DNA of 64,000 nt from Deinococcus sp. GTDB taxonomy: Bacteria > Deinococcota > Deinococci > Deinococcales > Deinococcaceae. This document shows positions 51,556 through 64,000 of the stretch, piece by piece. Each line of letters starts with the position of its first letter. The first letter of the stretch is position 1. The DNA is taken from NCBI GenBank assembly GCA_965261005.1, contig OZ253375.1:2720001-2784000 (forward strand). Reading direction: 5' to 3'. Below the pieces are notes generated by a model, which was given only the letters and a program-made list of their open reading frames with translations, did not search any database and had not been told where the DNA came from. The position numbers were made by a program, and so were the translations under genes.

Positions 51556-52976
51556 ACGTTCGCCCCGAGCTCCCGCAGGGCGTCCCTTAACTTCGCCCCG
51601 TCTACCTCGCCCACGTCGCCGCCAGAAGTCGCCGCCCAGGCCGCCGCCAAGCCCGCCGCCTCGCCCATGCTGTGGCAGTTCTGCTGCACCCGAATGGCGC
51701 TCTGCGCCTCGAAGGTCGCGCTGGCGCAGCGGCCCGGCACCAGCAGGTTGCGCACGCCGAGGGGAATCAGGGCGCGGTAGGGAATCTCGTGGTAGGCGTC
51801 CTTTGCGAAGTAGGGCGCCTTGCCCTCGCGCTCGTGGTAGAGCTTTTTGCCCTTTGGCGAGTGGATGTCCACCGGGTAGTGGTTGCGGCAGATGGCGTCG
51901 GGAAAGGTCCGGCACTCCAGGATGTCCTCCAGCGTCAGGACGTACTCGCCCACGATGCGCCGGGTCTCGCGAATGCCCACCATCGGGGCGTAGCTGCCCA
52001 GGTAGCTCCTCTCGCAGCCCTCCAGGTAAACACGGCAGAACTGGATCAGGCGTTCAATCGCCTCCTTCCCGTCCACCTGGGCGCGCGACAGTTGCCACGG
52101 GTCGGCCCCGTCGTTGATGTCGGCCGCCAGGCGCGGGCAGTTGAAGCTGATCTCGCCGGGACGCCCCGGCACCGAGAAGCCCTGGAAATAGTCCCCATCG
52201 CGCTCCAGCAGCACCCCGTCCACCACCGCCCGCTTGAAGAGCGGCTCCAAGCTGCTGTTCTTGTCCCACACCATCCAGAAGTGCATGAACTGCGGCGACT
52301 CCTGTCCCTGGCCGTGTTCCCTTAAAAAGGCGCACAGCCGCGCCAAGTCCACCCCCGCCAGCGTGAAGCGCAGGCTCATGGCCTGATGCAAGCCGCCCTC
52401 GTCGCCACTCTGAATGGGGACCCCAGCGCTCGCGGCCAAGTCGGCGTCCCCGGTCGCGTCTATAAAAACCTTGGCGGGCAACTCCTGAAGGCCACCCTTG
52501 TTATGAACCACCAAACCCCGAAGCGTCTTTCTCCCTCCCCCCTTGAGGGAGAGCGCGAAGGACCCCGAAGGGAGGGCCGGGGAGGGGGGTTCCTCCGCCA
52601 CTGAGACGACATGTGTGTGGTACAGCAGCTCCGCCCCCGCCTCGACCGCCATTCGCTCCAGCACGTACTTCATGCCCTCGGGGTTGAACCAGTTGTCGTT
52701 GCCGTTCCTGTCCACGGCGCCGTCGCCGCGCTCGATCAGGCGCCGCTTGAGTTCGTCGGTCAGGCCCCGGTTTAAATTCTCGCCCGCGCTGACGTTGCGC
52801 ATCAGCGGCGTGACCTGCGCGTTGGTGCCGGTGCCGCCCAGCGAGCCCAGGGCCTCTACGATCAGGACCCGTGCCCCGGCCCTCGCCGCCGCGATGCCCG
52901 TGATGGCCCCGGCGGTGCCGCCCCCGGCGACGATCACGTCCCAGGAACGACTGGCAGATTTGACCTCAAGGCTCAC
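51552..52976 (-). CDS. FAD-dependent oxidoreductase (FAD_oxidored type)
   Basis: DVIVAGGGTAG, FIDATGDADL, GIRETRRIVGEY, IPYRALIP, MGEAAG. Confidence 0.88.
   Translation of the reverse strand: MSLEVKSASRSWDVIVAGGGTAGAITGIAAARAGARVLIVEALGSLGGTGTNAQVTPLMRNVSAGENLNRGLTDELKRRLIERGDGAVDRNGNDNWFNPEGMKYVLERMAVEAGAELLYHTHVVSVAEEPPSPALPSGSFALSLKGGGRKTLRGLVVHNKGGLQELPAKVFIDATGDADLAASAGVPIQSGDEGGLHQAMSLRFTLAGVDLARLCAFLREHGQGQESPQFMHFWMVWDKNSSLEPLFKRAVVDGVLLERDGDYFQGFSVPGRPGEISFNCPRLAADINDGADPWQLSRAQVDGKEAIERLIQFCRVYLEGCERSYLGSYAPMVGIRETRRIVGEYVLTLEDILECRTFPDAICRNHYPVDIHSPKGKKLYHEREGKAPYFAKDAYHEIPYRALIPLGVRNLLVPGRCASATFEAQSAIRVQQNCHSMGEAAGLAAAWAATSGGDVGEVDGAKLRDALRELGANV
52531..52591. repeat. G/C-run palindromic repeat, copy inserted in frame in a CDS
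   Basis: CTCCCT-C-run-TTGAGGGAGAG...GGGAGGGCCGGGGAGGGGGG; encodes PPSPALPSGSFALSLKGGGR. Confidence 0.75.
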
Positions 52977-53853
52977 CCCTTCACCGCCCCTTCCAGGCCC
53001 TTCATAAAATAGCGCTGGGCGAAGAAAAAGACGGTCAGAATCGGGATGATGGTCAGCACCGTGCCGGCCGCCACCGCCCGCGTGTTGGTGGAAAAGACGC
53101 CGCTGAGTTCCAAGAGGCCCGCCGACAGCGGGTACAGCTCGCGGTCGTTCAGGATGATTCTGGCCCACAAAAAGCTGTTCCACAGTGCCACGAACTCCAG
53201 AATGGCAAAGGCGCTGATGGTCGGCAGGGTCAGCGGAATCATGATGCGGCGCCACACCGTCAGCTCGGAGGCGCCGTCAATGCGGGCGGCCTCGATCAGT
53301 TCCTGCGGGATGGCGAGGTAGGCCTGGCGCAGCAGAAACAGGCCAATCACGCTGGCGAGGCTCGGCAGGATCAGCGCGGCGTACTCCCCCGGCACACTGC
53401 GTAGTAACCCCAGCTTGACCGTCGTGACGTAATTGACGATCAGGCCCGCCTCGTTGGGCAGCACCAGAATGGAAAGGATCGCGTAGAAGATCAGGTCGCG
53501 CCCCGGAAAGCGCATCCTCGCCAGCGGGTAGGCGGCCAGGGTCGCCAGCAGCACGCTGCCGCCCACGCCCAGCACGCAGACGATGACGCTGTTGAGGACC
53601 CACCTGAGCATGGGCGCGTTCGCAAAGACCGCTTGGTAATTCTTGGCGCTCACGCCGCTCGGCAGCAGCTTGGGCTGGTAGATCGAGCCGGTCGGCTCCA
53701 GCGAGGTCACAAAGGTCCAGTAAAAGGGGTAGATGGTGATGACGGCGATGACGGCCAGCACGGCGTAGACCAGGATGTTGGAAAGAATGGTGCGGCTGCG
53801 GCGGCGGGCCTTGAGCTGCTGGGCGGCCTGCTCTGGGGCGGAGGTGAGGACCG

Positions 53854-53857
<4 letters not shown>
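52973..53857 (-). CDS. Carbohydrate ABC transporter permease
   Basis: IPQELIEAARIDGA EAA motif; WNSFLW. Confidence 0.93.
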
Positions 53858-54740
<883 letters not shown>

Positions 54741-54744
<4 letters not shown>

Positions 54745-56759
54745 TTCCTGCTCCCCAGCAGGGTCAGCCCCAGCAAGGTCGGGTTGGCCGCCCCGCCCTC
54801 GCTGACCAGGGTCACGCTCTTGATGACCTGATTCGGCTTGGGGTTGTGCCATTCCAGCACGCTGAGCGCCACGTCCAAGCCGTCCTTTGTCTGCCCGTTC
54901 CACACGGGGGCCTGCACCATGCTGGTGGCGGAAGGCTCGGTCCAGGCGCGGATGTGGCGCCCGTACTCCAGCGGCTGCCTGAGGGTGCTGCCGTCGGCGT
55001 AGCGAATCTCGTAGTGGCCGATCTCCTCGCGCGGGGTGGGGCTGCCCCAGCCGGTCGTGTGCAAAAAGGCGATGGCGTCCGCCTTGACGCCCTGCCCTAG
55101 GTCGAGCGTCACCTTCTCCGGCAGGTCCTTTACGGCCGCGCGGCTGCCCCGCGTCATCACCGCGCCCGACACGAGGAAGGTGTAGGCGCCCAGCTTGACC
55201 GTCCCGGTTGGCAGCGCCGAGAGGTCGGTGTCCGGTCCCTTCTCGATCCACCCCTTTTCGTCGGGGTCGCTCAGCTTGCGGTTGGTCACGGCCGAGAGGT
55301 CCACCAGCTCCCCGGCCTGTGGGGCGTAGCTTTCCGGTTGGTAGAGGTCGCGGTAGCGGGCGGCGGGGGCCTCGACGCTTGGCGCCGCCGGGTTCCAGGC
55401 CGCGTTGCCGCCGCGCAGGTAGGCCACCCCCTGGTCGGCCTGCCCGTCCCAGATGCTGGGGTTGCCGAAGTAGCCCGACCAGCGGGCTTGCAGCAGGCCG
55501 TCCGCGCCGTACTTGAGCGCGCTTTTCGCGAAGGTCTCGGGGTTTAAGGGGTCGCGCCACGGGGCGGCCAGGGTGGGGAAGCCGGCCTTAGAGATTTCCT
55601 TCAGCAAGGGATAGTCCGCGCCCGGCGCGTAGTTCCAATACGCCACCACGATGTCCTTTGGCAATGCTTTGGGAATCTGGTCCTTAAAGGCGTCCGCAAA
55701 GGCGACGTCGTGCCAAATCATGGTGCCCACGTTCCGGGCTTTCAAAAAGTCGTGCAGCCGCAGGGTGTCGTCCACGAACAGCTTCTCAAAGCCCACGGCC
55801 TTGCCGTTCTCGCGCGCCGGAAAGCGGTCCACGTTGCGGACCTCGTCATGGCCGATGTGGACGTACTTGGGCTTGAATGTATCCACCGCCTCGGCCAGCA
55901 CGCCCTCCACCACCTGGTAGGTTCTGGGGTTGAGGGTGTCGTAGGCGAAGGGGTTCTGGCTCCCTGGGTCCTGCACCAGGTCCTGGTTGGCCCCCTTGTA
56001 GAACAGCCAGCCGGTGTGGCCCAGCGTCTCGATCAGCGGCACGGGGGAGAGGCCGTGTTCGCGTGCCAAATTTGCCACCCGCGCCGCTTCCGCCTTGCTG
56101 GCCCCGCCGGGGTGGGCGAAGCCGAGCTGTTTGGCGGTGTCCCACTGGACGTAGTTGCTCACGACCAGCACCGAGTTGTACTTGAGCTGTGCCAGCAGCG
56201 GGATCAGCTTGTCGTTGACCCCCTGGCTGTACTGGTCGAGGTAGATCATCGCCATGCGGGTTTTCAGGAGCGGGAAGTCCTGAATATTAGCAAACCTGAG
56301 ACCCTGCGGCGTCAAGAGTTGCCGCAAGGTCTGCGCCCCGTGGTAGGCGCCCAGCGGGTTTGCCCCGACCACATAGGCCCCAGTCGCGTCCACCCACAGC
56401 GCGTAGCCCTCTGGTTTATCGGTCAGCAGGCCCTTTTCCTTCGCCTTCTGGGCCAAGTCGGCGTCCTGGATGGTGCCGATGACGATGGGCGTCGTGCCGC
56501 TCCCCGCCAGGTCCGCGTTCAGCCGTTCGCGCCATGCCTCTTTCAAATCGCGCCCGGCCCACTTCAGTTCGGGGGCATTTCCCCGGAGTTGCACGCTCAG
56601 GTTGTTGAGGGGGAGGCTGCCCGGTGGGTATTCGGCCTGTTGCGGGGCGGGCAGGAGTTGGGGGGCGGGGGTGGCCGCCTTGGCGCTCGGCGTGGGGATC
56701 AGGGGGAGGGCCTGGGCCGGGGTGAGCAGCAGGGCGGTGAGGAGGAGGGTTCGGGGCAA
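54741..56759 (-). CDS. Secreted GH20-like beta-N-acetylhexosaminidase
   Basis: Signal peptide, PEGYAL, IETLGH, HIGHDEV catalytic motif; AAGGAG before TTG. Confidence 0.85.
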
Positions 56760-56796
56760 GGGGACTCCTTTGTTGGTCGGGTTCGCTGGTGGGTGG

Positions 56797-57070
56797 CCCC
56801 CACCCTCCAACCCCCCTACCCCCAAAGGGGGCAGGGGGGCTGCGCTGCGCTAGGCATGGCACGTTGGACCGCAGGGGTGAGCCTATGTCGTGCCGCATGA
56901 TCCGCGCGAGGGAAGATGCATAGCCGCTTTCTAAGCCCTCTACACGGCCGGTGGAGTACGCTTCTGGGCGCTGGTGGGCCAGGTATAAAAGACGGACAAC
57001 GGACAAACAAACGGGTCTTTGTCTTTGCTCCCCTCCCCCCTTGTGGGGGAGGGGCCGGGGGTGGGGGGTT
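56797..57070. mobile_element. ~275-bp non-coding element bounded by inverted G/C-run palindromes (MITE-like)
   Basis: C-rich hairpin-bearing left end, G-rich hairpin-bearing right end of the same family as 34214 and 52531. Confidence 0.5.
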
Positions 57071-57073
57071 CCC

Positions 57074-58324
<1,251 letters not shown>

Positions 58325-58369
58325 GGTGGGTCCTTTCTGGGGCGGAGAAGGGTGGGAGGTGAGCTTGGG

Positions 58370-59065
58370 CTAGGTCGGCGTTGTGTGCGGGGTCTTGAGG
58401 GCGGCCACGAACCAGCCCGTCACCTCGTCCGGCCGGGTGATGGCCGAGCCGACCACCGCGCACAGGGCGCCCAGCGTGAGGGCTTGGGCGGCGTCCTGCG
58501 GGGTGCGCAGCCGGCCCTCGGCGAAGTAGGGGAGGTGTGCCCCCCCGAGGGCGCGCATCAAGTCCCAGTCGGGTTCCTGTTGCTGCGGGCTGTAGGCCGT
58601 GTAGCCGGACAGGGTGGTGCTGACGGCGTCGGCGCCGTGCTCAAGGGCATGGGTGGCCTCCTCGAAGGTGCTCACGTCCGCCAGGGCCAGGCTGCCCGCC
58701 GCGTGAATGGCCCCGATCAGCTCGCCCACCGAATGCGGCCTGGGGCGGTCGGTGGCGTCGAAGGCGACCATCTCGCAGCCGGCCTGCGCCAATTCCTGGG
58801 CTTCCTGCGGGGTGGGGGTGATGTAGACCTCGCTGTCGTCCCGGCGGGTTTTGGTCAAGCCGAGGGTGGGCAGCTTGCAGACCTCGCGCACCGCCCGCAC
58901 GTCCTGAACCGAGCGCACCCTGAGCGCCGCCGCGCCGCCCCGCTCGGCGGCCAGGGCGAGCAGGGCGATCACGTCGGGGCGCCGCAGGGGGCTGCCCTGA
59001 TCGGCCTGGACCGACACGACCAGTTGGCCGCGCAGGCGGGCGAAGAGGTGGGGGGAAGGGGGCAA
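58370..59065 (-). CDS. nanE: N-acetylmannosamine-6-phosphate 2-epimerase
   Basis: [32 protein letters not shown]. Confidence 0.92.
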   Translation of the reverse strand: MPPSPHLFARLRGQLVVSVQADQGSPLRRPDVIALLALAAERGGAAALRVRSVQDVRAVREVCKLPTLGLTKTRRDDSEVYITPTPQEAQELAQAGCEMVAFDATDRPRPHSVGELIGAIHAAGSLALADVSTFEEATHALEHGADAVSTTLSGYTAYSPQQQEPDWDLMRALGGAHLPYFAEGRLRTPQDAAQALTLGALCAVVGSAITRPDEVTGWFVAALKTPHTTPT

Positions 59066-59101
59066 GGCGGCTCCTGTCGGTGGGGGCGAGAAGCGGCGAA
59101 A

Positions 59102-59150
59102 TTGACAGTGCTTTCCGAGCAAGATTACATTTGGCTTGGGTTGCTGTCAA
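59102..59150. promoter_or_regulatory. Overlapping divergent sigma70-type promoters for nanE operon and GH3 gene
   Basis: Plus: TTGACA-N18-TACATT; minus: TTGACA-N17-TAATCT. Confidence 0.65.
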
Positions 59151-59178
59151 CTGTTCAGCTCAGCGGCCGGAGGCCCCT

Positions 59179-60648
59179 TTGATTCCAGACTGCAAGAACG
59201 CCGGCCCGCTGCTGATGGTGGACCTGCCCGGCCCCGAACTCGATTCCGACACCGCCGAACACCTGCGCCGCCATCAGGTCGGCACGGTGTGCCTGTTTCG
59301 CAAGAACGTGGAAAGTGAGCGGCAGCTCGCCAAGCTGACCAGCGATCTGCGCGCCGTGCTGGGCGAGCACGCCCTGATCGCCATAGATCAGGAGGGGGGC
59401 GGCGTGGTGCGCACCCCTTTTCTGCCGTTTCCCCCCAGCGCCATGTGCCTCGGCGCGACGGACGATCCCGAACTGGCGTATCAGGTCGGTGCGGCGACGG
59501 CGCGGCCCCTGGCGGCCCTCGGGATCAACTGGAACTTCGCGCCGGTGCTCGACCTCAACGTGAACCCCCAGAACCCGGTGATCGGCGACCGGGCTTTTGG
59601 GGCTGACCCCGTGCGGGCGGCCGATCTGGCCTTGGCTTGGTTGGCCGGCTCGCTCGCGGAGGGCGTGGCGGGCTGCGTGAAGCACTTTCCGGGGCACGGC
59701 GACACCGCCCTCGACAGCCACCTGGCCCTGCCGAGGGTGGACAAGCCGCGCGCCGCGCTGGAGGCGGGAGAGTTCGCGCCGTTTGAGCGCGCGGTCAAGG
59801 CGGGTGCGCCGGCCGTGATGACCGCCCACATCGTCTATTCGGCGCTGGACCGCTTGCCGGCCACGCTCTCAAAAAATATTCTGACGGACCTGCTGCGTGA
59901 AGCTTGGGGGTATTCGGGCGTGGTCGTCACCGACTCGATGGGCATGCAGGCAATTGACGCCCATTGGGGCCGGGGCGAGGCGGCGGTGTTGGCCCTGGCG
60001 GCGGGGGCCGACTTGGTGATGGCGCTGGGCCGCCGGGAAGCGCAAGAGGAGACTCTGCGGGCGGTGGAGGCGGCTCTTAAAAGCGGGCGGGTGTCGGTGG
60101 AAGGGCCGTTGGGGCGCTTGGAGGGCTTGGCGGCGCGCTTTCCCAGCCGACCGGGCGAGTACACGGGCCGGGCGCGCGACGAGGGGCTGATGCGGGAAGC
60201 CTGGGCGCGCGGCATGACCCTCTACCGGGAGCCGCGCTTTCCCGCGCCGGGCAGCGAGGTCACCTTGGTCGCCGCGCCGCGCGTGCCGGGGGACAAGGTC
60301 TCCGAGGCCGGCGTGAACGGCGAGGAGATCGCCCGCGCGTTGAGCGGGGTGTACACCGTGCGCCCGCTGCTGACCGCTCGGCCGGCCGAACTCGATTGGG
60401 CCGCGTTGCGCGCGGCGGGCCACCCCATCATCTTGGCGAGCGCCGGCCGCCACCGCGACGCGGCCTTGGCGCGCACCCGGCCCGATTTGCACCTGGCCCT
60501 TTGGAACCCCTATGCCGCGCTGGACGTGGACGCGCCCGCCCTGATCAGCTACGGCTATCGCCCGGAAGCGCTCTCGGCGGTGGCGCGCTGCTTGGCCGGC
60601 GATCTAAAGGCAACGGGAAGGCTGCCCGTGCCGTTCACAGGGGCTTGA
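59179..60648 (+). CDS. nagZ: GH3 beta-N-acetylhexosaminidase (NagZ-like)
   Basis: [38 protein letters not shown] before TTG. Confidence 0.88.
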   Translation: MIPDCKNAGPLLMVDLPGPELDSDTAEHLRRHQVGTVCLFRKNVESERQLAKLTSDLRAVLGEHALIAIDQEGGGVVRTPFLPFPPSAMCLGATDDPELAYQVGAATARPLAALGINWNFAPVLDLNVNPQNPVIGDRAFGADPVRAADLALAWLAGSLAEGVAGCVKHFPGHGDTALDSHLALPRVDKPRAALEAGEFAPFERAVKAGAPAVMTAHIVYSALDRLPATLSKNILTDLLREAWGYSGVVVTDSMGMQAIDAHWGRGEAAVLALAAGADLVMALGRREAQEETLRAVEAALKSGRVSVEGPLGRLEGLAARFPSRPGEYTGRARDEGLMREAWARGMTLYREPRFPAPGSEVTLVAAPRVPGDKVSEAGVNGEEIARALSGVYTVRPLLTARPAELDWAALRAAGHPIILASAGRHRDAALARTRPDLHLALWNPYAALDVDAPALISYGYRPEALSAVARCLAGDLKATGRLPVPFTGA

Positions 60649-62398
60649 CGTTGAGGGGCTTGACGTTGGGGGGCTTGACGGCCAAGGTGGGGGCACGCTC
60701 GCCGCGCGCAACGGGCGTCTGCGGCTGGCCCGAGATCTTCAGAAAGCGGGCCACCACCTCGGGGTCGAACTGCTTGCCGGCCTGCGTGGCGATTTCGTCG
60801 AGGGCCTGTTCGGCCGGCCAAGCCGCCTTATAGGGGCGCGCCGAGGTCAGGGCGTCGTACACGTCGCATACCGCGAAGATGCGCGCGAGGCGCGGGATGG
60901 CCTCGCCCGCGAGCCGCTGAGGGTAGCCCGCGCCGTCCCAGCGCTCGTGGTGAAAGCGGATCACGTCCAGGGCGCCGGTGGGCAGGGTGGGCACATTCTG
61001 CGCCAGCAAGTGGCCCTGCACGGTGTGGCTCTGCATCAAGGTCCACTCCTCGGGCGTGAGCTTGCCCGGCTTGAGCAGGATGTGGTCCGGAATGGCGACC
61101 TTGCCGAAGTCGTGCAGGTAGGCGCCTTGGCGCAGCGCCTCGCACTCTTCTCGCGCGAGTCCCAGCGCCTCTCCCAGCGCGGAAGAAAGCGCCACCACCC
61201 GCTCGGTGTGGCCGTGGGTCTCGAAGTCGCGCGCCTCCAGCGCCAGCCCGAGGGCCTTGAGGGCGCCCTCGCGGGTGGCCTCCAGCTGGGCAAGGTGCCG
61301 AACGCGCTCCAGGCTCACGGCCACCGAGCGCGCGGCGGCCTCCAGCAGCTCGCGTTCAGTTGGCGTCCAGGGGCGCGGCTGGCCGTGGCGGTAGGCGCCC
61401 AGCAGCTCTGGCGCGCCCGAATCGCCGGGCATCGGCAGCATGGCCACGCTGCCGATGCCGTGCTGTTTGGCCCCCTGCGCCTCGGCGCGCTCGATGTAGA
61501 CGGGCGCGCTGAAGGGGGCGCGCCCGTGCAGCGGAAGGCCGCGTGACAGGGCCGCACGCAATTCGGGCGTGAACGCGCCGTAAAAGGCCCTCGGCCAGTA
61601 GCGTTCCCCATCCAGGTACCACAGCGCCAAGCCCCCGACGCCGGCGTTGCGCGACAAGACCTGGAGGGCTCGCGCGGCCACCTCGTCCGGGGTGTGCGCC
61701 TCTTCGAGGGCCAGCGACAGCTGGGCCAGGGCCTCGCCCCGCCGCAAACTCGCTTCCAGTTCGGCGGCCCGGGCGCGCTCGCGCCGGCGGCGGTCGTTGG
61801 CCGCCAACAGGGCGGCCGTCAGGTCCACGAACTCGCGCGCGACCTCCAGCGCCTCCTCAGCAAAGGGACGGGCGCTGGAGAGGTTATCCAAGTTCAGGTG
61901 CGCCACCACCTGCCCGTGCAGCGGCACGGGCATACACAGCACCGCCTGAAGTGTGTCCGCTTTCCCGGCGCTCTCGTAGACTTCGTCCAGGGTGGCGTCT
62001 GCGGGCGAGATGGCGCTGACCAGGCGCGAACGGCGCTCGATCTCGGCGCCGCACATCTGGCTCGGCTCGCCCGCGCGCCAGCGCGCCTCGGCGCCGCCGT
62101 ACCAAGCGAAGGTGGCCTGGGCGGAGAGCCGTGCGCCGATCAGCTCCCCGCCGAAACCGACCTGCGCGCGATACACAAAGCTCTCGCCTTCGCGTACGCT
62201 CAGCGAGCCGGCCTCGGCCCCCGGCACGGCGGCCACGGCGGCGGCCAGCAAGGCTTGCCAATCCGCGCCCGTGATGTCGTCGTCGTGGGCGAGCAAAGTC
62301 ATGGCGCCCCGAACCGCCTGCCAAGCCGCGCCCCCCCGCTGGGCGGCGGGCGGTAAGGTGGCCAGGGCGTCGGCGGTGGGCGTTGGGGGCTTGAGCAT
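60635..62398 (-). CDS. GAF + HD-GYP domain phosphodiesterase
   Basis: Two GAF-like regions; [24 protein letters not shown]. Confidence 0.9.
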   Translation of the reverse strand: MLKPPTPTADALATLPPAAQRGGAAWQAVRGAMTLLAHDDDITGADWQALLAAAVAAVPGAEAGSLSVREGESFVYRAQVGFGGELIGARLSAQATFAWYGGAEARWRAGEPSQMCGAEIERRSRLVSAISPADATLDEVYESAGKADTLQAVLCMPVPLHGQVVAHLNLDNLSSARPFAEEALEVAREFVDLTAALLAANDRRRRERARAAELEASLRRGEALAQLSLALEEAHTPDEVAARALQVLSRNAGVGGLALWYLDGERYWPRAFYGAFTPELRAALSRGLPLHGRAPFSAPVYIERAEAQGAKQHGIGSVAMLPMPGDSGAPELLGAYRHGQPRPWTPTERELLEAAARSVAVSLERVRHLAQLEATREGALKALGLALEARDFETHGHTERVVALSSALGEALGLAREECEALRQGAYLHDFGKVAIPDHILLKPGKLTPEEWTLMQSHTVQGHLLAQNVPTLPTGALDVIRFHHERWDGAGYPQRLAGEAIPRLARIFAVCDVYDALTSARPYKAAWPAEQALDEIATQAGKQFDPEVVARFLKISGQPQTPVARGERAPTLAVKPPNVKPLNVKPL

Positions 62399-62469
62399 GA
62401 GGTTGGGGGCCGCGCTCGCGGGCGTCCTCAAGCTACCCAAGCCGGACTTACCAAAGTCTTACAACATTT

Positions 62470-62757
62470 TCATAGAAGTGATGTTAGCTCGGCGCGCAAG
62501 GCGTCCTCGACGCCGCGCCCGCGCCAAGCGGCTTCCAGCACGAGCGTTTGCGCCCACCGTTCGCCCTCACGCTCGGCCAGCAACACGCCCACCACCCGGC
62601 CGCCCGCGACGGCCAGCAGGCAGATGAGGTCCGCCGCGGGTAGGTCGCGCAGACGTTCAAGGGGCGTCTGCGGGGCCAGCTGCCGCAGCCGGCCGAGCAG
62701 CGCCTCACCGGGCGGCTCGCTCAGGCGGCTCAGGCGCACGCGGGCGGGCAGGGGCAT
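62470..62757 (-). CDS. Small GNAT-like protein
   Basis: GRVVGVLL, WRGRGV acetyl-CoA-binding-like motif. Confidence 0.6.
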   Translation of the reverse strand: MPLPARVRLSRLSEPPGEALLGRLRQLAPQTPLERLRDLPAADLICLLAVAGGRVVGVLLAEREGERWAQTLVLEAAWRGRGVEDALRAELTSLL

Positions 62758-62882
62758 TGTTGAAGGGTAGCGCGCAAAGAGTGGCGCGCTAGATTGAACC
62801 TTCGCTTGGTATTTGGGGCTTAGTATCTAGGAATGAGGCTCGTCGCTGCTGTTCGGCCGCTCGCCCGCGCGCGGAGAGGCCC

Positions 62883-63206
62883 GTGACGCGGCCGTTCCTC
62901 GCGGTGGTCTTTTCGCTGCTGGCGCTCGCCTGCGCGCCGCTGTCGCTGGCGGCCTTTGCGGGCGTCAATCCGGGCGCCCCCAGCCTCCTGCGGCTGCTGT
63001 CCGCCGTGGAGGCGACCCTCGCGGCGCGCGTCTCGCTGCAAGGGGTGGACCCCTTTTGGCGCGGGCTGACCGAGCTGGCCCTGAGCGCCCTGTTCGTGTG
63101 GCTGGCGGTCTACCTGTGGCCACGCCGCCGCGCCGTCCGGGCCGCTCAAACAGAGGAGACGGCGGAGGTGGCGCCGCGTAAAAATCCCTACGGGCGCCAC
63201 GGCTGA
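62883..63206 (+). CDS. Hypothetical membrane protein
   Basis: Two hydrophobic segments, GGAG RBS. Confidence 0.6.
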   Translation: MTRPFLAVVFSLLALACAPLSLAAFAGVNPGAPSLLRLLSAVEATLAARVSLQGVDPFWRGLTELALSALFVWLAVYLWPRRRAVRAAQTEETAEVAPRKNPYGRHG

Positions 63207-63304
63207 GGAGCGGCGGGACACCTCTTGGCGCTCATGGAGCGCGTGTTAGCATGCGGTGCTCGCCGCCCCAACGGCGCAAAGCCGGGCGGCGTCAAGGAGA
63301 CAGG

Positions 63305-64000
63305 GTGAGGTTTTCAGAGGATATTGGCATTGATCTTGGAACGGCGACGTTCCTGATTTACAGCAAAAACCGTGGGCTGATTCTCAACGAGCCGAGCGTA
63401 ATCGCCATGACGCGCGACACCAAGGAAGTGATGGCGGTCGGGGAAGAGGCGTACCGGATGCTCGGCCGCACGCCCGGCAACATCGTGGCGGTGCGGCCCA
63501 TCAAGGACGGCGTGATCGCCGACGACGCCCTGACCGAAAAGATGATCGCCATGTTTTTGCGCAAGACGCAGGGCGGGGCTGGGCGGCTCTTCGGCTTCAA
63601 GCCGCAACTGATGGTGGGGGTGCCTTCCGGGGTGACCGACGTGGAAAAGCGCGCCGTGCTGCGCGCGGCCCTCAACGCCAACGCCAAGCGCGCCTTTTTG
63701 ATCGAGGAACCGCTGGCGGCGGCCATTGGCGCGGGCCTCAAGATCGCCGAGCCGGTCGGCAGCATGGTGGTGGACATCGGCGGCGGCTCCACCGACATCG
63801 CCGTGATCTCGCTGGGCGGCATCGTGGTGTCGGAGTCCCTCAAGGTGGCCGGCAACGAGTTCGACGAGTCGATCATCCGCTTCGTGCGCCGCAAGCACAA
63901 CCTGATGATCGGCGACCGCACCGCCGAGGAAATCAAGGTCAAGATCGGCGCGGCCATGCTGCTGCGCCCCGATGACAACATTCTGGCCGAGGTGCGCGGG
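63305..64000 (+). CDS. mreB: Rod shape-determining protein MreB (runs off window)
   Basis: Manual translation: MRFSEDIGIDLGTAT, RPIKDGVIAD, IEEPLAAAIGAG, VDIGGGSTD. Confidence 0.96.
   Translation, partial: MRFSEDIGIDLGTATFLIYSKNRGLILNEPSVIAMTRDTKEVMAVGEEAYRMLGRTPGNIVAVRPIKDGVIADDALTEKMIAMFLRKTQGGAGRLFGFKPQLMVGVPSGVTDVEKRAVLRAALNANAKRAFLIEEPLAAAIGAGLKIAEPVGSMVVDIGGGSTDIAVISLGGIVVSESLKVAGNEFDESIIRFVRRKHNLMIGDRTAEEIKVKIGAAMLLRPDDNILAEVRG

Noticed and set aside
58370..59065. Calling the locus a sialic-acid (nan) operon
   Set aside because: No nanA, nanT or sialidase in the window.

Overview
GC-rich chromosomal window from a Deinococcus-like organism (ddrC with an RDRM operator, a pseudohelicase-type priA, many apparently leaderless genes). 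Most of it is housekeeping: plsX, ftsH, murE, htrA-like protease, priA, trmB, otsAB, acpS, hisF/hisIE, mutS, gcvTHP, a class A PBP and partial mreB. Accessory elements: (1) a ~4 kb cassette beside tRNA-Arg(CCT) with a Rid pseudogene, a YbjN-like gene, a DUF4157 (eCIS-core) protein carrying repeated [LV]QR motifs, a hydrophobic linker and a C-terminal putative toxin domain (split by one in-frame TAG), plus two candidate immunity genes; (2) toxin-antitoxin modules (fused MNT-HEPN, HigBA, Phd/YefM-RelE) and TA remnants, one set flanked by a 118-bp duplication of the gcvP 3' end; (3) a ~12 kb amino-sugar locus (nanE, ABC transporter, GH20, FAD oxidoreductase, esterase, DUF4127, ROK kinase, divergent GH3) with no nanA or sialidase in the window; (4) a G/C-run palindromic repeat family, one copy translated in frame inside a gene; (5) a 36-aa membrane peptide ORF missing from the ORF track. 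No CRISPR array, rRNA, integrase or transposase was seen. All family assignments come from motif recognition by eye; no database search was run.
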